From Podarcis vaucheri (Eukaryota), in NCBI GenBank assembly GCA_965113315.1, contig OZ220370.1: DNA of 64,000 nucleotides. One strand, written 5' to 3'. Below, one piece after another: positions 1 through 10,895 of the stretch (the stretch's first letter is position 1; the number at the start of each line of letters is the position of its first letter). Both the position numbers and the translations under genes were made by a program. The notes beneath the pieces are model-generated. The model made no database searches, had not been told where the DNA came from, and was given only the letters and a program-made list of their open reading frames with translations.

Positions 1-3000
1 AAACCGTCCTCTTTACATCTCGTGCTGAAATCCTCCCCACACTTCATTGGGAGCCTGGCCCATTCAACTGAGGGGTGCGGGGGGTGGGCTTAATTCCCAA
101 TAAGCAGTAGGACCGGCATATGATCATCTTTAGCAAAAGTCTGGGGTGTGTGAAGAAGAAGACTGTACAGCAGGCTTGGAGGAAGATCTCTGAGTAACCC
201 CCAAAAAGAACCGGCAAACTTCCTCGAATATGGAAAACGATGTAACAAAACCCCACACAAATAGTTGGATTTATTGAGGGGGGTGGGAGAGAGAAAGAAA
301 TAAGAAAAAGAGCAACAACGACGATGCCCCACAGTAGGATTATAAAAGAGAGGAGCGGTGTGGTGGGTAGGTGTTTGAGACTGGCACTGATCAGTGTTTC
401 AGGGAGAAACAAGAGAGCTTTGGTACCTATTTCAAAAGTTGAGACAAATGGGCTGGATAAAACATTACTGCCGAGTTAAAGGGGGCTAGGAGACTATCAA
501 AATACTTTAAATATTTTATATAATATTATGGATGCACAGAGCAGATGCACTCTCTGTGTGGCCCACAGCTGTGCAATGAATGCTAGCTAACCAGGTAACT
601 AAACTGTATCTATTGCGGTTCGTGTCCACGTGATAAATGTTATTTTGACAATTTGCCATGTAATAATTCTAATCGAGCCAAATTTCAGCTGAATGGGACC
701 CCGTATAAGGATGCATCGCTGGCAGTATCGATATTTCTCTTGCAGCGCCTCATAAAAGATTATATTAAATCCCACAGGCTCGGGAGAGGAGGGGAAGAGG
801 CGCTTTTTGGTGAGAGTTAACTTGACCAAAGGAAGGAACCCGATGGAAAGCCCCAGCGCTCTTTCAACATAGGAAGCCTGTGAATTCAAGCACTGAAGGG
901 GGGAGATGTTATCAGGCTTCTCATGAGGAAATCTAAAAATATTTTTTTTCCTGGATAGAAAAGCCAGGAACGTCTTTTTGTATTAATAAAACATATACAG
1001 TATTTCAAAGTATCTGTAAGTAAACAGCATTCCGAGCAAAATCCTGAGCTCCTTAGACTTTTGTGAACAAAACTAATTTTACAAAAGCTTTACCTATTTT
1101 AGGACCTAGACAACTTAGTATGTCATAGAGTTCAGCTGACTTCAGTGGGGCTTGCTTTTAAGTAAGCGGGTTTAGGATTGCAGCCTTCATTTGGCAGCGG
1201 CACAAGTTTTCTATTCAGTCAACATTTGGACTTAGCAGACAGATCACAAAGGACTAAAACATTTACAGTTGCAGAGTTTCCTTCGTTGCAAATCACAATG
1301 GAGAAGAAGCGCCTGGATTTAAGACGGCCAAAGTCAGCATAAATAAAAGATCTAATTTCAATCTGAATTCAACAGATTTAAAATCGGATGTACATCTCAA
1401 ATCTAGGTATGTTTACCCGGAAATATGTTCCACTGAGTTCAGTAGAGCTTACTCCCAGGTAAACGTGCATTAGGACTGTACCCTAAATCAGATTCAGATT
1501 CCTCATACGGAATAACTCCAAACATTGTCGACATGAATAAAACCTGAACATGATCGATTTATTTTCTTCAGAGGGGAACACCCCCACCGCCCATTAATTC
1601 AAAGAGAGGGGGGATTATGCAAGCATCCTGCGCCACCAATTTCTGTACAGCTGAAGCTTTTGCATAAGCAGGAGGATGGATCGTAGCCCGCGGTTCAGAA
1701 GTTAGACGTTCAAACTTTCCACACCCAGTGTCGTCTGAACTGACGTTGCTGTTTGCGCAGCTCTATACGCAATCTAGTTAATCTGTAGGATTTGCCTTGG
1801 TTTTTTTTTGCTTTTTTTTAAGGCGCTAAATTACATTCGTGTCAGGAACCTTTGGCTTACGTGAATGGTGAATGGGGTGCAGTGAAACCGGGGCAACTCC
1901 CACGCTGTACCCACGCACATCCCTTCTCTGACCAGTTTCCTTTGACATAAAATAAGCCTCTACAAAAAGTTACATGAACTGTTTACACTCAGTTTAAAAT
2001 TATCTACCTTTATCTCTAGATTCTAGATAGACATAACGTCCCAGGCCGGGAAGATCAGCACAACGATTTCTCTTCTACCACGAAAGTTGCTGTCACGCAT
2101 CTACTTGGAACCAAGCCCCAGGGGCGTCAAAGGCGCTCGCATCCAAGCAAACCTGCTTCGCGTGCGTCGCAGCCTTTGACCAGCATCCTGAATTATGCGA
2201 TGGACCTCGCACGCTTTTCTCTTCGATACACAACCCACTCCATTTTGCAGCGCGGGACGACAGCATCTAAGGCCTGATTCACAGCCGGTTGAGATGCAGG
2301 CCTTCGGGTGTTCAGAGGGCTGCGGATCGCTTGATCTCTGTCTCTCTCCCCACCCCCCACGCTGTATGCTAGAGGGCGAGGAGTAGTAAATGCTACCAAG
2401 AGAACAGTTACCGGTAGGTATCTTCCAGCCCCATCAGGCCAGGCAGTGGGAGAGGCCTAGAAGCTGGAGTAGCGGCAGCTCCCTTCGCTCCCCCACAGCC
2501 TGCTGGAGCCGGTCCCAATTTACCGTGATTCACTGTCTAGCTACGGGCCTCCGAGCTCCCCCTCGCCGCCATTTGGTGCGTAAAAATTCGGGGGGCGGCC
2601 GGCCGCGTTTCATTCTCCCGGGACCACGTACAGGCCAGCAGGGTGAGGAGTGGAGGTAGGGAGGCCTGGACTGCGTCAAGGAGACGCCAGCACAAAGGCT
2701 CTATTCATGGGCAGCCATCAGCAAGCCCAAGTCCCTCGGTGGTACTCCTCTGGAGCAAGAGAGGGGCTCCAGCCTGAGCCAGGCTCACCTGCGCGCCAGG
2801 CTCAGTTGCTTGGCCTGAGTATATGAAGGCGAACGATTCCCTGACCTCCCTGCTGTCTCCATCCTTTTCTCGCTTATGTCTATCTCTTCCAAGGCCTCCT
2901 TCTTAGGAGAGCCTGGACGTCCAACACGCGAGGCAGGTTTCTAGAAACCCCTCCTCGTCTCCCTTTCCGAAAGCGTCGATGTCTCCGCTGTTCCCTGGCT

Positions 3001-6000
3001 GGGGGTCGGGGAGGGAGTGCCGGGGGAGTGACAGGGCTCATCTGCCGATCCACCTGTAGCTGGCGGGTTTCCCTCCTCCTCCTTCTCCTCCTCCTCCCAC
3101 GTGTGCCTTCAAAACAAAACAAAAGGTGGCAACCGAGGAGTAAACAGCGAGTAACGAACAGCTTGGGAGCAGGCGAGTGCTGAAACAAGAGCGCAACTGA
3201 GTGGCCTCTTTTGTCTAAAGAAAGGCTTCCCTGCGCGCTGGTTGGGTCAGACTGCAAGCCGGATCCTGACCTCATGTCATCTCCTGTCACCTCCATGGGA
3301 GCTGTAGCTGCTGGATACTATCACCCTAATGCACATAGAAATGACGAAAAAAGAGACCACGATTTCCCAGTCTGGTGGATATAGCTTTAGAGGGCTGGTC
3401 CTTAAGGGGAACAACTTCTGTTCACATCAACGGGGACAGACTTCCATCTAGAGTTCTTTTTTTAAAAAAAAGAAAAAGTTATCTGAGGGCGAACTAGCCA
3501 GCTCTAAAGCAACCGAAGAGTGACGCCTACAAGCCCCAGGGGTTTAAGTCTTACTCGCAAGGGTTCAAAAGGCTCTTTGCTTCTCATTCCTGGAAACTTT
3601 GTTCAGATATTACAGCAACGCAGCTTCCTCCGCCCCACTTTATACATTTTTACCTGTGAGTAGACTATACTGTGTTTAAAGGGGACTTCACTACCCCAAG
3701 TAAATGTTATGGGCCATGCTGATTCCATGCCTAGTTGCATAGCTGCCAACTTTTCCCTTTTTTAAAGGGAAATTCCCTTATTCCGAATAGGATTCCTCGC
3801 AAGAAAAGGGAAAAGTTGACAGCTATGCCTAGTTGGGATCAAAGATACCTCGCTCTCATTTCCCTGGAAAGGGGTCTGCGTGTTTCTTAAGAAATAAAAG
3901 GGGGAAGGGACTAAAAGACTTAGTCTTGGCCACACTTCACCCGGACCGCAGCCCAACCATTTTACGTGAGAGTAAGTCTCACCGATTTTAGGGAGATTCG
4001 CTTCGGAGTAGGTGGTCGTAGGATGTCGACTCTCCGCCTTAAAAAGGGGGTGGGTGGGTGTCTTAATCGGCTGGCTGGCTTTGTGGCACGCACTGAAACC
4101 CAGTTCTTCTTCCTACGTCGTTTGCCCCCAAATCTATGTATTTTGTCGTGGCCTCTGCTCCTGCAAATGGGGTCCTCTGATCCCATCTGGCTGCGGACTA
4201 CTGGGAAGGCAGGAAGTAGCTTTCGCCAGTGGAAATCGAGGCGATCAGCAAACAATCATCCGAAGAAAGACTCTCCTCCCCGCCACTCTGTCTTCTCTCA
4301 CAAAGGACATTGGGGTGGGGAGAGGGGGGTGGCTGGAAAGAAAGAAAGGACCTAAGGAATAAGCCCGCCATAAGCACAGTTCGTAAATTCCCCGTTTATG
4401 AGCTCACTGAAACCAAGAGTGTCTCCCATTGATGGCTTGCACACCGACGCCTCAGTTGAACGTGGTGGGACCACCTCTGAGGGTCCTCAACCCGGTTTCC
4501 CCACCCCAGCTCTGAAAAGACACAGCTAATAAACTGAAGGGATGCCTTCACGAGGATGCCCACCTCCGATTATTCCCTTTCTTTCTCCCTGGCTCCTTAT
4601 ATGTACAAAACACAAAGAGCGCGCGCGAGTCAGCCAAAATTATAAATGCCCATGAGCGCTGCAGTTTGATTTCAGTGGGAGAGTGAAGCACAAAGCCAGG
4701 CCGGTTCTCTCCCACTGGATTGAATGGGGCTTTCAAAACGTTTCCATGGTTCGTTTCGCTTTCGGAGAGCCAACTTCAACTAGCCACATGCTTTGGTTTG
4801 CTAGATACCCCTAGATAGAACTGGATGTGTTAAGCACAAAACGTACAAAGGCTTATCTATACGAATCTATTCCGAAATAAAAAAGATCAAATCGAAAGCG
4901 ATCCTGCTACTTTCCTGGAGCTCTCTTTGAATCGGGAATCGATAGTCGTGCTAAGGCCAGATCAGTTAAGGCCACATCGCAAGCTGTGACCAAAGCAAAC
5001 TTCAGCAGGCTCACTCAGGACCATTGAGTTCAATGGAATGTAGCAAGTAGGTGCCTTTAAAAGAGTCACAACCCCATCCCTAACACGGTTAAAATCAAGT
5101 ATTTTGAGGTTAGGCCGATTTCATATTCTAGGTAGGCCTGCTAATTTTAACTGCTTTACTCCGGAGTCCTCACATATGTAATAACTTTAGGTTAACTGAA
5201 TTGCAGATCGACTGTGGTTTAAATTCAAGTCCAAGCTATATAGACTAGCAGCTGGCCTACTAATAATTAAAGTATTTTGCCGCATTTCGAAAGTGCTCTT
5301 CGCAAATAAAGGAGGGGAGAATCGTTCCCAGGGTGCAATTCCGAGGTTGCAAACGCTTTCCTGAGAGTAAATGCCATTGCGCTCAGTAGGACTCCTACTT
5401 TCGAACAAGCCACATAGGATAAATCCGCACAGCGTCACCCTCAATCCGGGTCTACGTCTCACAATTCGAAGCGCTTTGAAAAAGGAAGCAAATGCACAAT
5501 TCACAAACACACAAGATCACAAGAGTGCGTGAGATTAGATAGGGAAATGCACTAAAAAGCGAGGAAAATCCGTCCCCAAGTTTCTGAGCTCTTGCTTGCT
5601 TGCTACTCTGGAAGCACGACTAAGATGAGAAGGCGCCTACTCAGGTTTTAATTAAATTAGCCCGGATTTATTTACTGTTTGCGGCCTTCAACAACCCGGG
5701 AGCAATTACTGCCAAGTGTTGCCTCCGATAAGAGCGCCTGATAGGAGCTGCATTCTCTTGAAAAATGCTCACTGGAGGCTCCCCAGAAAAGCAGCCTCGC
5801 CTCGCCTCTGACAGCGCGGCCGATCCCTCGCAGATAAAAGGCTAAATTGCATTTTGTTGGGGTATTACCCACGAAGTGGGCAAAGGTGTTTCCTCCATTC
5901 CTTGCAAACCTCATTGAGAGGTGACCTGAAGGCGAGTTTCTACATTTGACCAAAACATCACCCGTTGCTATTCGCAGCCATCCGCAAAGGGGGTTTCTTC

Positions 6001-6748
6001 TGCTTAAAGTGTGTTTGTGTGCGTAAGAGAGAGAGGGAAAATGACTCCAACTCTAGGTAACAATAAGGGAGACTAGTTTTCCTTCTCAGTTCTTTGTGTA
6101 TATAGAATCGCTCCCTGGGAAAGCAGTAAAAAGTATTTAAGAACTAGCGACCTATCTAGAATAATGAGGGAAGGGGAAACAAATCCAGGACGCCACGGTT
6201 TGTGGAACGAGTTGCCCAAGAAACATGTTCGGGGGGGGGGAGGGAACTGAGCAGCTCCCCCCCCCCCCATTAGTTCACATTGGAAGAAAGGGTTTTAAGG
6301 ATCTTATTACTATTCTATAAAATATAGCTGCCTATATTTAGAAAATTCAGAAACCTGCACATGCATAAATGTCACATTTTTTTCATAACAGCACGCATTA
6401 ATTTGCAAATGAAGATCAGGACTTCCTGCGACTTCTTTAACGCCTTCCTCTTGATATGGGACACATTACGGCCACGGACCTTCCGCGGGTATATTTCTAA
6501 CCTGCAATATTTGTCAAATAGCTCAAACCCTCTGCATTTGCTGCCTCGCAACAGTGATGGCTTGGTGGCTTACATTTCCCACCTATTCGCTAAGATTAAT
6601 AACCATAATAGTCAGAACTTATAAATAACAGCAGCAGCAGCCTCAGCAACAGCCAGTGGAATCAACATTTGTTTTTAAGTCGATTCCAGCCGCATCCAAG
6701 TCCACACACCCAACACAGATTTTTAAAAATCGATGGACATAAATGACA

Positions 6749-6754
6749 TTTATT
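6749..6754 (-). terminator. Candidate distal poly(A) signal AATAAA
   Basis: TTTATT on plus strand; GT-rich tract (TCTGTGTTGGGTGTGTGG) about 30-50 nt downstream on minus. Confidence 0.45.
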
Positions 6755-6984
6755 TACAAGTTTAGGACTAACCAGAAGCTTAAATTCGGTTGTTTTTGGT
6801 TTAACCGGTGTATGGGAGCGAGTTACCCAAGAAACATTTTTTAAAATGTATTTTTCACTTAGCCCACATTGGAAGAAAGTAATTCTACCATCAACATTTC
6901 AGCTGTAGGATTTTTAATTTTTTCCTTTAAAAAGTGGGGTTAATATATCCAGACGTATATGGTCTCAGTCCAACTGAATGGTAA

Positions 6985-6996
6985 TTTATTAATAAA
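6985..6996. terminator. Palindromic double poly(A) signal TTTATTAATAAA in the FOXC1 3'UTR
   Basis: AATAAA on both strands, about 0.9 kb downstream of the stop codon. Confidence 0.55.
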
Positions 6997-7684
6997 CAAG
7001 CAAGGCAGTAACTTCAGGGTATCTCCAACAAAAAAAGGGAAAAATGATAAACGATAAAATAAGATTAATACAGCTTCCCATTTATATATATAAATGAAAA
7101 TAAAACAAAACAAAAATCAATGTTTAACGTTATTTTAAAGTCAACCTTTCTGAAAGCATTGGGGGGCGGGGTAAAAAGAACACTTTCTGGTGTTTGGTCC
7201 AACTACAGATTTAAAAATAAATTACTATGCATCCATTTACATTTTCGAAACAAATCCTTGCGTATAAAGGAGTCCTTGCACGGGAGAGGAAAGGAAAGGA
7301 AGGGCCTTTCTAAGGCGGCGTCGCTTGCAAACCAGGGGCGAAACTCGCATGGGCTTGAGCGAACCCGGATTGCGCCTTCATTGAGGGCTGCGATCCACAC
7401 CACCCCGTGGAATTCAATGGAGCCGCTGGACTTATCCCCGCGAGACTCTCGCCGCTGGTTGGCTGGCATTTCCCGCGCGCTCAGTCGCCGGCGCCCAACC
7501 AAGCGCCGGACCAGCAGCCAATAAGGCTGGCGCAAAAGGGCGCGCGGGGTGGGAGCCACACAAGGCGGCCGGCAGAGCCTCTCGGAGAGGGAGGCGAGGG
7601 AAGCAGGCGCCCTCTCTTCCTGGGTGTGGGGAGGGTTGTTTTTAAGGCAAGGAAGAAAAGCACAAACTTACGTGTTATTTGGAG

Positions 7685-7692
7685 TAACACTG
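7685..7692 (-). promoter_or_regulatory. miR-141/200a 8mer site (CAGTGTTA) in the FOXC1 3'UTR
   Basis: Plus strand TAACACTGTC equals nt 1-10 of miR-200a/141 (UAACACUGUC). Confidence 0.6.
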
Positions 7693-7883
7693 TCCTTTAA
7701 CAAACCATGTCCTTAGTTAATAAAAAGGCTGTCTTTGGGTCAGAGTCTGTGGAGGTTTCGGGCGGCGCCGAGCGTCGTGTTTGGGTGTTGGTGTTTATAG
7801 TGGAAACACGGCTTCTCCAGCGTCCCCTCAGAGCGCGGCGGCGGCGGCTGAGGGCCCGCTCCTCCCCTCGCCGCTCTCCTCGG

Positions 7884-9830
7884 TCAGAACTTGCTGCAGT
7901 CGTAGACGAAGGCGCCCGAGGGCCGGTAGAGCGGCTGGCTGCCGGGGAAGGCCATTTGGCAGCTGCTGGCGGCCGCCGCCGCCGCCGCCGCGTTGCCGTT
8001 GACGGGCGAGTTGCTCAGGCCCAGGCGCTGCGACGACTCGAACATCTCCCTCACGGCGTGGAAGTTCTGCTGCTGCACCGGGTAGCCCGACGGCGACGGC
8101 GACGGGGACGACGAGGCGGCGGCGGCAGCAGCAGCAGCGGCAGCAGCCGCCGCCGCCGCCGCGGCTGAGGCGGGCGCCAAATGGGCGAGCTCGCCCACCG
8201 CCGTGGCCTGGTTGAGGTACCACGAAGCCAGGCGGCCGCCTCCTCCTCCGCCGCCGCCGCCTTGCGGGTGCCCCTCCTGAGGGCTCAGGCTGAGGGAAGA
8301 GGCGCTGCTGCTGCTGCTGGCCGCCAGGCTGTACTCGGGAAGGGGGTCCTGCTCCACCGGGCTGCCGCTCAGGTGGCCTCCGCCGCCTCTTTCTCCGCCG
8401 GCAGCAGCGGCAGCCGCCGCCGCAGCGGCCGCGTAGAGGCTCATGGCCTGCAGGTTGCAGTGATAACTATTGGCGCCGCCGCCGCCAGCTTGCGTGATGG
8501 CACTGCTGCCCGTCGTGTTGACGCCCTGGCTGCAGGGGGCGCTGTAGAGCGCGCTCTGCGCAGCCGCCGCCGGCGAATAGCAGCTGCTGAGGGCCAGCGA
8601 AGGCGGCGGCAGCGCCGAGGTCCGCGACGTCGAGGCGCTCGAGGGGCTGGACGACGACGACGGCGGCGGCGGCGGGGCTGCGGTGCCGGCCGTGGGGGGC
8701 AACGCCAAGAGCTCCCCGGCGCCCTGCCCCGGGGAAGCGCGCAGGGAGGTCATGATGATGTTGTCCACGCTGAAGCCGCCGGCGCCCGCCCCCCCGGGGG
8801 GCCCTCCGGGGTGGTGGTGGGGCGGCGGCGGGTGGTGGAGATGCGGGTGGTGGTGGTGGTGATGGTGGTGGGCGTGCGGGTGAGAGTGGTGGTGCGGGTG
8901 GTGGGCGTGCGGGTGCTGGCTGGGAGGCGCTTCGGCGGCGGCCGTCGGGGGGTCCAAGCCCAGCGCTCTGCCGCCGCCGCCGCCGTGCGGGCTCCCCGCT
9001 CCGCTGGAGAGGCTGCTGGCGCTGGAGCTCCCGGGGCTCTCGATCTTAGCCACGGGCGCGCCTCCCAGCGGGGACAGCGCTCGAGGGGGCGACGTCGAGC
9101 CGTTCTCCGTCTTGATGTCCTGCAGCCTCACCGGAGGCGCCTGCTGCTGCTGCTGCTGCTGCCCACCTCCGTCTTGCTGGTGTTGCTGTCGAGTCGCCGT
9201 CTGCTGCTGCTGCTGCTGCTGCGTCTGCTCCTTGCTATGGAGGCGCTCCTTCTCCTCCTTGTCCTTGACGGCGTCTTTCTTCTTGAAGCGCCTCCGTCGG
9301 CGCAGGAACGAGCCGTTCTCGAACATGTTGTACGAGTCCGGGTCCAGGGTCCAGTAGCTCCCCTTGCCGGGCTTNNNNNNNNNNNNNNNNNNNNNNNNNN
9401 NNNNNNNNNNNNNNNNNNNNNNNNNNNNNNNNNNNNNNNNNNNNNNNNNNNNNNNNNNNNNNNNNNNNNNNNNNNNNNNNNNNNNNNNNNNNNNNNNNNN
9501 NNNNNNNNNNNNNNNNNTATCCGGCGCGTTCTGGATAGCCATGGTGATGAGAGCGATGTAGCTGTACGGAGGCTTCACCAAGTCCTTGGGCTGCGGCGGA
9601 GGCGGGTAAGGGCCGTACGGCCTGCCCATGCCGCCGCCTCCGCCACCTCCTCCTCCGCCGGCGCCCGGGTACTGCTCGTGGGCCGCCGGGTGCGGAGAGT
9701 ACATGCTCATCGGGGCCGGCATGGCCGCGTAGCCCCCTCCGGCCGCCGCGCGGTAGTAGCTCTGCTCGCCGCCCAGGTATGGCACCACTCCCAGCGAGTT
9801 GGGGCTGGAGACCGAGTAGCGCGCCTGCAT
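7884..9830 (-). CDS. FOXC1: Forkhead box protein C1 (single exon, 648 aa including 48 codons hidden by an N gap)
   Basis: Starts [30 protein letters not shown] (ATG 9830-9828 in GCCATGC context). Forkhead flanks [19 protein letters not shown]...[34 protein letters not shown]. Ends [13 protein letters not shown]. Both termini are FOXC1-type, not FOXC2-type. Confidence 0.97.
   Translation of the reverse strand: MQARYSVSSPNSLGVVPYLGGEQSYYRAAAGGGYAAMPAPMSMYSPHPAAHEQYPGAGGGGGGGGGGMGRPYGPYPPPPQPKDLVKPPYSYIALITMAIQNAPDXXXXXXXXXXXXXXXXXXXXXXXXXXXXXXXXXXXXXXXXXXXXXXXXKPGKGSYWTLDPDSYNMFENGSFLRRRRRFKKKDAVKDKEEKERLHSKEQTQQQQQQQTATRQQHQQDGGGQQQQQQQAPPVRLQDIKTENGSTSPPRALSPLGGAPVAKIESPGSSSASSLSSGAGSPHGGGGGRALGLDPPTAAAEAPPSQHPHAHHPHHHSHPHAHHHHHHHHPHLHHPPPPHHHPGGPPGGAGAGGFSVDNIIMTSLRASPGQGAGELLALPPTAGTAAPPPPPSSSSSPSSASTSRTSALPPPSLALSSCYSPAAAAQSALYSAPCSQGVNTTGSSAITQAGGGGANSYHCNLQAMSLYAAAAAAAAAAAGGERGGGGHLSGSPVEQDPLPEYSLAASSSSSASSLSLSPQEGHPQGGGGGGGGGRLASWYLNQATAVGELAHLAPASAAAAAAAAAAAAAAAAASSSPSPSPSGYPVQQQNFHAVREMFESSQRLGLSNSPVNGNAAAAAAAASSCQMAFPGSQPLYRPSGAFVYDCSKF
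9375..9517. other. Assembly gap or masked stretch (143 N) inside the forkhead domain
   Basis: Run of N; reading frame is preserved across it. Confidence 0.99.
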
Positions 9831-10689
9831 GGCCTCCCTGCCAGCCAGCCAGCCGGACCAAGCGGCAGCAGCTTCAGCAACAGCAGCAGACTGGCCTCCT
9901 CCGCCTCCTCCTCCGCCGCCTCCTCCTCCGCCGCCGCCTCCGCCTTTGCTTTCCCCCCTCCACCCCTCCGCAGCTCCAGAGCCAAAAAAGTATAAACCAG
10001 AAGAGGCGACCAGGATCTTTCCTTTCCGCCCCGCTTCCTCCCCCGAAAAGGGAGCAAGCAAGCGAGCAAGCGGACGAAAACTTCGGGGTCCCGTTAAAGT
10101 TTGCTGCTTTCCCCTCCCCCGCTCAAGCGGGCCAAAAAATTAAATAAATGGAAAGGAGAGGGGGGGGGGGTTGATGATAGTCGTAGGGAGGGGAAATAAG
10201 TCTCCTTTTCTTCCTGCTGCTGCTGCTGCTACTACTCCTTCTTGTTCTTAAAACAAGGCGCCGATCCTCCACGGAAGCGGCCGCCGCCGAGAGGAAAAGG
10301 CAGTTACTTCCATCAAGGGCGAAACTGGAATCGCGCGCGCTCCTTTGCGTAAAGCAGAGCGCACAAAACCCCCTCGTCGCTTATTTCCCGAGCGCCTTTC
10401 CTTCCCCTCCTTCTTCTTCTTCCACGGGGGTGGACAACAGGTTGAGATTTCTTCCTTTAAAAAAGGAATAAAGACCGAGGCAGGCGAAGGAAACCAAAAA
10501 GAAGCAGCAGCGTGTGTTGGTTGGAGGGGCGCGAGAGACCGGATATTTTCTCTCTCTCTCTCTCTTTTTCGGACTCAAGAAAAAAGACCCCAAAAAACCA
10601 CCTTCCCCAAGCGGTCTGCGGTTGTTCAGCGCGGCCTCCTGCCTCCGTTTCTCCTACAGTCTCTTTTCAGCCGCGCGCTGCTCGGAGAA

Positions 10690-10895
10690 GCATTTGGAAA
10701 AACTCCTGAACTTTTGAGCATCCGTCACCAAGGCGAGGACTTTTTTACGCACTCGCAGGGCTCCTTTCCTTCCCTCCTCTTTCCTCCCCTCTTTCCCTTC
10801 CCCCTCCCTTTTCCTTTCGAGACTGGGAGGCCCCGCCCCGCCCCGGTGGCGTAGCCAATGAGAAGACGCCTCCGAGCTCCGAAGGGGCGGGTTGG
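10690..10895 (-). promoter_or_regulatory. Likely FOXC1 core promoter and TSS region
   Basis: Tandem GC boxes CCCCGCCCCGCCCC (10831-10844), CCAAT (10855-10859), GGGGCGGG (about 10884). Minus-strand GCGTAAAAAAGTCCTCGCCTTGGTGACGGATGCTCAAAAGTTCAG resembles my recollection of the mammalian FOXC1 5' end. Confidence 0.6.

Noticed and set aside
890-940. GGAGATG...CTCATGAGGA resembling the GMDS last exon
   Set aside because: Spacing is out of frame with the expected EMVHADVELMR and there is no polypyrimidine acceptor; GMDS probably lies left of the window.
1020-6757. Scattered forkhead cores (GTAAACA, TGTTTAC, TATTTAC) as autoregulatory sites
   Set aside because: 7-mers at roughly chance frequency and not clustered.
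8181-9995. 604-aa plus-strand ORF antisense to FOXC1
   Set aside because: Shadow ORF of a very GC-rich CDS; low complexity, no recognisable domain, spans the N gap.
9831-10061. ORF-track start at TTG 10061 as the main FOXC1 start
   Set aside because: The conserved N-terminus MQARY begins at ATG 9830; the extension is kept only as a hypothesis.
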